Positions 57,898-64,000 of a stretch of 64,000 bases of DNA are shown in pieces (positions within the stretch are counted from its first letter, which is position 1; every line of letters begins with the position of its first letter). The DNA is from Paramecium tetraurelia (taxonomy: Eukaryota), in NCBI GenBank assembly GCA_000165425.1, contig CT868054.1, positions 62,001-126,000 of the forward strand, in the 5' to 3' direction. Position numbers and translations under genes: made by a program. The notes beneath the pieces were generated by a model that saw only the letters and a program-made list of their open reading frames with translations, had not been told where the DNA came from and did no database searches.

Positions 57898-59267
57898 TGT
57901 TTATTAATATTACTTTCTATTAACACTCAAGCTGTTTTTAAGGAGAAATAATTTTGTTTAATTCTGATTACTTAATGTTGTCGTTCTGATAAATACTATT
58001 TCTATTTATAGAATAATTATGGCAGTATTAGTCATTTTTTCTTAATATAATTTAAGCAGGTACTTTCAAGGGTTAGTTTATTCATTATCCTTAAATTTTG
58101 AATTGTTGAAATTCAATTGTTTTTGAAATATTTCGACAGATCTAATATAAACTTACTTACAAACTATACAAAGAATTTATAGAATACTAAAAAAGTTTTC
58201 ATTAAAAATCGATTTTCATTTGGAAGACCTTTCAAAAACTCAAAAATTACTAATTGGGAATTATTAAAAGCTAAAGATAATATTTTTTAGAAAATTCTAA
58301 TTTCTTATATACAATATGATAAAAATGTCAGTATCCAAAATTCTTTAAATCAAACCAAAAGATGAACAAATAATTATCTAAAGGGAAATCTTTTCCAAAC
58401 AAAGCTTGATTTGATAATTTTCAAATATTTTAAGAAAATGGAATATTAATAAAAATTGCTTAAGTTAATTAATAAGTTAAAAGGAATTAATTCTATAAAT
58501 TAAAGCATTAAAAAATTTTCGTTCCAAACCTAATATATAATTCATGATTTGAAAATTTAGTTTTTATAACCTACTTTGATTAGAGACATTCATCAAATCC
58601 TAAGAAGGAATCACAGATTACCAATAATTATAAATTAGATATATTAATTATTCTCTAAAATTTTATATATACTATATTATTCTCCAATCGATAAACTAAA
58701 TCAAAATGATTTTAAGAGTTTAATCTTTCCATATCCTATAATTCAATGATTTCAATTATTTTTTATGGCCTTTCGGCTCATCATATCAATTTTCGAGGCT
58801 TTTAAGAGAAATGAAATATTTAATATTAAACTATCTTAAATTTTGAAAAATATTTATATAATGCACTTCATTTAAAGAATTAAAATATCTATATTAATTT
58901 CAATCTTATATCATTTATAAATTATTTTGGATAAAACCATTTGACAACTCTAAGATTTATCTTTATTCTAGATTAATGGTAATCTGTTTCTATTATTGTT
59001 TAATCTAGATATTATATTGAAAAAATGAAACTATTAAATAATGAGATATTTATTATATAAATGAAGAATTCTAAGCTAATAGTTAATAATTCAAGGCTTA
59101 ATATCTAAATTACAAGTCTTTGAGAAGTTATAGAATTCATTAAGCAAAGATAGTCAAGTTTAAATAATATTTTAATTGATGATGGTGTTAAACATTGAAA
59201 AGTAGGAGTAGATTAATGCTGTGAGTGATTAATTATATAATTTAAATATACTTTTTGGTTAATTCTG

Positions 59268-59835
59268 ATGTCTCAAGTAATGCTAGTCTTAGGCCCAAAT
59301 AGAGTTGGTAAAAGCAGTTTAATTGATGCTCTCACTTATGGGCAATTCCATAGGGAATTTTATCCATAAGATATACATTTCTAAGTTAAATTAGCAAAGG
59401 TAGCATAACACAGAGTTTATGAAGTATAATCAATAGAATGGGATGGAAAACCTTTGGGATTAGTTTAATTCTACTCAAATGTTGCTGATTTAATCTTGAT
59501 AGTTGTTAACATTTGCGGCTGTTACGATTAAATGGACTAAGTTCATGATATATACTAGGCTTTACCAATTACAAATAATAAATAATAAATAGTATTAATC
59601 GGTAATTTGAATGGATAAAATAAAAGAAATCAAAAGTTGTGTTAGAGCCTGAGTTAGTTTGCAAAATTAAATTGAATCTTAAACTTTATGAATTAGATAG
59701 CACAAATATTATGAGTGTTTAAATGGAATTCCATTATATAACCGAACCATACTCATTGTTTGATGATATTTGGAGTAGAAATTAAAATTATGTGTCACAA
59801 TTTGTGTCATAAGCTGTATCCTTATTACATTGATA
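59268..59835 (+). pseudogene. Highly divergent Ras-superfamily small GTPase-like gene with frameshift
   Basis: LVLGPNRVGKSSLI P-loop; ADLILIVVN; IVLIGN; in-frame TGA ~59673 with GTPase-like C-terminal part in another frame. Confidence 0.55.
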
Positions 59836-60340
59836 ACTTATAATTTATCCAAAAATAATAAAAACAAGTAAATTTCTATTATTGATTCTTTTTGAATGAA
59901 TAGAATCACCATGCATCTTTAATTTTTAAATTTCACTTTTTAAATTTTAAACTTTTCGCTTAGGTAAATAATGATGAAGATTTTCAGTTTCTTACGACAG
60001 CAATGGTCATTCTTTAGATTCTTATTCTAATATACTATATAATAATTTTATATAAGAAATAAATTTTACAGCAATTGAATTAATTCAAGTATTTATAATA
60101 TTTATTCTAACATCGATTTAAATTCTAATTACCCATTAATATTGCTAACTTTACAAAAAGCACAGAAAACCCTTTAAATGTGCCTCGTAAATTTAACTAA
60201 ATTAAACGATAATTTAATTTATCTTGCAACTTACTAGTTGATCATAAAATAGAAACTAAGGTTTAAGTAATTGTATATAATTTGAAGTAATTTATATAGA
60301 AACACATAAAGGTTAAATTAGTTAAAGAAAGATCAACTAA

Positions 60341-60812
60341 TCACAGCCAAATTTTCAAGTTTAGTTCTTTGTCTTTTCTTATTTCTTGAAATTAACTTGA
60401 TTTCTTTTTAGGAAACTTGACCATCAATGTCCTTAACCGTGACTACATTGTTGAAATGAACAGATTTTTTTAGATTAAATTCATTTTACAAGTAATCATT
60501 CTTTTGACATCTTAATCTCTCAGTGTTTAGATTATATAAATGATCTTCAAATTTATCCTTAAACCTTTTTTCTGTTTTTATATGTTCTGTATAGTTTCCT
60601 TTTCTTGATGTATATGCTACGTCAGGGAAAAACCCCCATTACTTAAGTATTTATTCCCCCATTTTACTTAATTAAGGCGATTTCTCTTTGACTGGACTAA
60701 GTTGCTATGGCAGTAATGACGGTAAACTTGGTGTGCGTGTATGATTAACATTCAATTTACAATCAGATTGCTTGATATGAGATTTAAGGTCATAGTGATA
60801 TCTCATATACAT
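60341..60812 (-). CDS. Small hypothetical protein with RVxF-like motif (KKSVHF)
   Basis: Code-6 ORF; NLKKSVHFNNVVTVKD near C-terminus. Confidence 0.5.
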
Positions 60813-61102
60813 GTTGAATTATTATAATAATAAATGATTCACAAATTACACTTGTTTGTTATATATTAAAATAAGGTAAAAGATATTACATAATACAAGT
60901 AAAAAGATTGAAAAAATAATGATTAGAAACTACTTAAATGTTTGATTTACAATATTAGGAAATGCAATTCAATATTTTCTGGGTGCATCTGCCATTCACT
61001 TTTGGATATTCTAATACATGAGAATAATTTTTCAAAATAGTATTTGTGTTTTATTTTTTTATTTTTTATAAATATTTATTTTATAATTCTTTGCTTCAAA
61101 AG

Positions 61103-61593
61103 ATGAGTGAAAAAAAATTTTTAGAATTAACAGATAAAAGGCAAAGCCTTGAAAATGAGCTAAAGATTTTAGAAAAGCAGATTTTTGATTTGGAAACCAA
61201 ATATTTGGAAGAAACAGCTGCCACAGGAAATGTAATAAAAGGATGGGAAGGCTATACGACTATAAAAAGTGGAAAACTAAATGGGAATGTTCAAAGAAAG
61301 TCTAAAGCAAATGTCAACGATCGTATTTTTTCATAAAGCAGCAAAACATCTCCATTTGTAAAATTTATATAAATGTGAGTACTAAATTACGGAAACTGTG
61401 GCAGAAGAGCCAAAAAGTCCCAAAAGCCCATAATTTAGACCAAGAAGAATGAAGAAAAAGAAGCATTATGGATACAAAAAGGAGTACTATTAAGAATTAT
61501 GTTAGTGACATTGTTGAGAATTCTTAAGTTAGTTCTTCTGAGGATTTTTAATAGGATTAAATAAAAAAAGTAAAAGGATCCAAGAAAATATGA
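61103..61593 (+). CDS. EAF6: NuA4 complex subunit EAF6/MEAF6
   Basis: LEKQIFDLETKYLEET...GNVIKGWEGY...RIFSQSSKTS. Confidence 0.88.
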
Positions 61594-61899
61594 AGTAATA
61601 TTTATTATTTGTGTTATTTTTACATAATAGATTGCAAATAAATCTAAATCATAAAAATATAATGGAAAACTATAGTATTAGATAATCTCTGCTGTAGATC
61701 TAATAAATTTTGGTCTTTTTCTTCTAATAAACTCATATTGTTATAAGCCTTAGAACTTTTATTTGTTTTCAAGAAATTAAATACAAAATTAATATTAAAT
61801 ATTCTTTGGAATTTTTATTACCATGAATAAAGTAGTATCAATATGGAATATTAGAATCAATAATGATTCATTTATTCAGTAAATTAATGTTTTAGATTG

Positions 61900-62860
61900 C
61901 AATTTAAGAAATATTATGTATTAGTTTGTTTTGATTTCAATAATTATTTCATTTACTTTAGCTTGCTAACTGAAATAATTAATATGTGAAGACTTAATTG
62001 ATAAAATTTCGTGTGACTCTGTAGAATCCCATGTGGCAAAATGTAATTGGAATTAAAAAACAAATTAGTGCTAATCATAGAATACAAATTTAAATTAACA
62101 CTAGAATTATGGGCAATATAATGAGTGTGGTTGGTATTAAAAATGTGACTAAAAAAAGCTAATGTAAGTTATCAAAACATTTAATTAAAGTGAAGAAGAG
62201 ATATAGAGATGTGACAGTATTGATTCTTTTCAGTAGTGCATCTCATTTAATAACAATGGTATAGGATGCACATGGAAACATAATAAATGCTATTAAATTT
62301 CACAATGTAGCGAAATCAATGATTTTATGTAATGCAGAATATCTAGAATAAAAGAGAAGTAATACATTTGATATAGTATTAGATGCTAATTGGTTATTAA
62401 TGGCAAGTCATCACGTATGGAAAGATAGTATTTTTATTTAGGTGATTTGTTTGATGAATATGAATGCAGGGCAAAGGATTGCAAATTTAATCTATTTTCT
62501 TAATGTTAAAATTTTGTGAATGGGAGAAGATGCTTTTAATATTATGGGGAATGTAGCTAATGTTCATATTTCACAACGCTATAATCTTGCTCAGATACAA
62601 ATCAATGCACTTGGTAAAATGATGTTTGCAGGAACATATTGTATTACAATTTAAAAATTTAGATGTTCTGACTTGAAAGGGAAAAACCACTGTGAAAGTA
62701 AACCATTTTGTTTGTTCAATCAATCGAATTTATAATGTGAAACAAGAACTGACAACCAACTTTATTGTTATGCCTATGATATACCATCTGATCCAATAAA
62801 ATCAAAAAAAAAAGTAGAAATTTGATTGTTAGAAATGTTGTATTTATCTAAAGATTTTTA
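61900..62860 (+). pseudogene. Decayed Cys-rich repeat (surface-antigen-like) gene fragments
   Basis: Periodic Cys/Trp fragments (e.g. KCNW, QCTWQNDVC, CSDLKGKNHCESKPFC) interrupted by stops and frame changes. Confidence 0.45.
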
Positions 62861-62959
62861 TTAAAAATTGAGAATTGTAGTTATAATCTGTACGATTAAT
62901 ATTTTTAAGTATTTAAGCTTAAGAGTTCATAAATATTTTCTATATGAAATTTAGTTATT

Positions 62960-63679
62960 CATTTAATGCTTATATCAAATAGCTTTCAGATATTTTGCAA
63001 TTTATTTATTCAATATTGACACCAATTTGTATAATTTTTGATTTAATAATAACCTTTTGTAAGTTCTCTTATACCATTTATACAAAATGGATTTCTTCTT
63101 AACTTTTTGGATCTAAAATATTTTATATAAAGTAAATATAAGTCTTTAATTATTTCTATAAATTTTCACTAAAGCATTCCATACTTTTTTTGTTGTTAAG
63201 GTTGGCTATTTTTTTGCCGTAGAAGATATCTTAAATTCACTAACAGAATATTTTGAAGATTTAAAATTGTTACTAAAAGTAGGGGAAGAAATTAACGACT
63301 AACTTAATTTGTTAGATTTATATTATCTACTCCATTTAGAGAATGTTTTCATTAAGATTTTCTAATTAGTACGTTCTTGAATAATCTTCGTTTTCTCATT
63401 GTCAATTTAAAGTTTTTGACGAATTTGCTTAAATGAGTATTATAGTAATTGCTAGCTTATTTTATGAAAAGCTGCTTCTAATTTAGAGAAATATTCTTTT
63501 TTTAGATGGCTTCGCCTTTATTCTTTAACTTTGAAATATGAAACATGGCAGGTTCTTGGAATTTGACGAACAGGTGACTTTGATCTTGAACGAATAATTT
63601 GATTAAAATTCATATATACATATAAATTTTGTTTCTGAACATATGTCACCTTGTCATTCAAAATCCTTATTGTTCTCAT
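62960..63679 (-). CDS. Hypothetical protein
   Basis: Code-6 coding-like stretch (e.g. VQDQSHLFVKFQEPAMF / SRSKSPVRQIPRTC); exon structure uncertain. Confidence 0.4.
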
Positions 63680-64000
63680 ATTTATAACTTAAATCTACTG
63701 AAAACAAGCTTCTTAGAGTTTATATAGATTTCCTAAAAATCATTAGTAATAATAAAGTTAATTAGCTATTTTGTAATAAAGATAAATTCATTGATTGTAT
63801 GTCTATAATGTATAGTATTTAATTGAAAAAGAAAACTTCAATTCTTAATCTTTTATTTATTTATTAGTTTAGTTTAGTTTATTAAAAATAGTATTTTATA
63901 ATAATTCTAAAATTAACTTAAAAAAGGAGATAACTCAATTAAAGCATTTATTAAATTATAATAATATATTTATTTTTATCAGGAAGAATATTCATTTTTT

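Overview
Eukaryotic ciliate macronuclear DNA, most consistent with Paramecium. It is very AT-rich and gene-dense, with tiny GT-AG introns (about 20-34 nt) and genetic code 6 (TAA/TAG = Gln, TGA = stop), so the supplied standard-code ORF track is fragmentary and often antisense. Re-translating by hand gives about 40 genes. Recognisable ones include M1 aminopeptidase, Ser/Thr kinases, an RIIa+IQ protein, a C2H2 protein, an SCP-type phosphatase, NOL10/ENP2, RFC5, RPS5, an MFS transporter, an LRGUK-like LRR protein, a peroxisomal SDR, UCH, eEF2, DCTN6, TLDc, RING, USP, polyubiquitin and EAF6. The most interesting signals are degenerate or pseudo-enzymes: an LSD1/KDM1-like SWIRM+amine-oxidase protein lacking the FAD glycine motif, a tandem pair of pseudokinase-MORN proteins, an eEF2 with an altered diphthamide loop (HRGARQ), and a stand-alone Has1/DDX18 C-terminal remnant. 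Several loci are frameshifted or decaying. No CRISPR, rRNA, tRNA, telomeric repeat or transposon was recognised. All family assignments come from motif recognition by eye, and boundaries of hypothetical genes are approximate.
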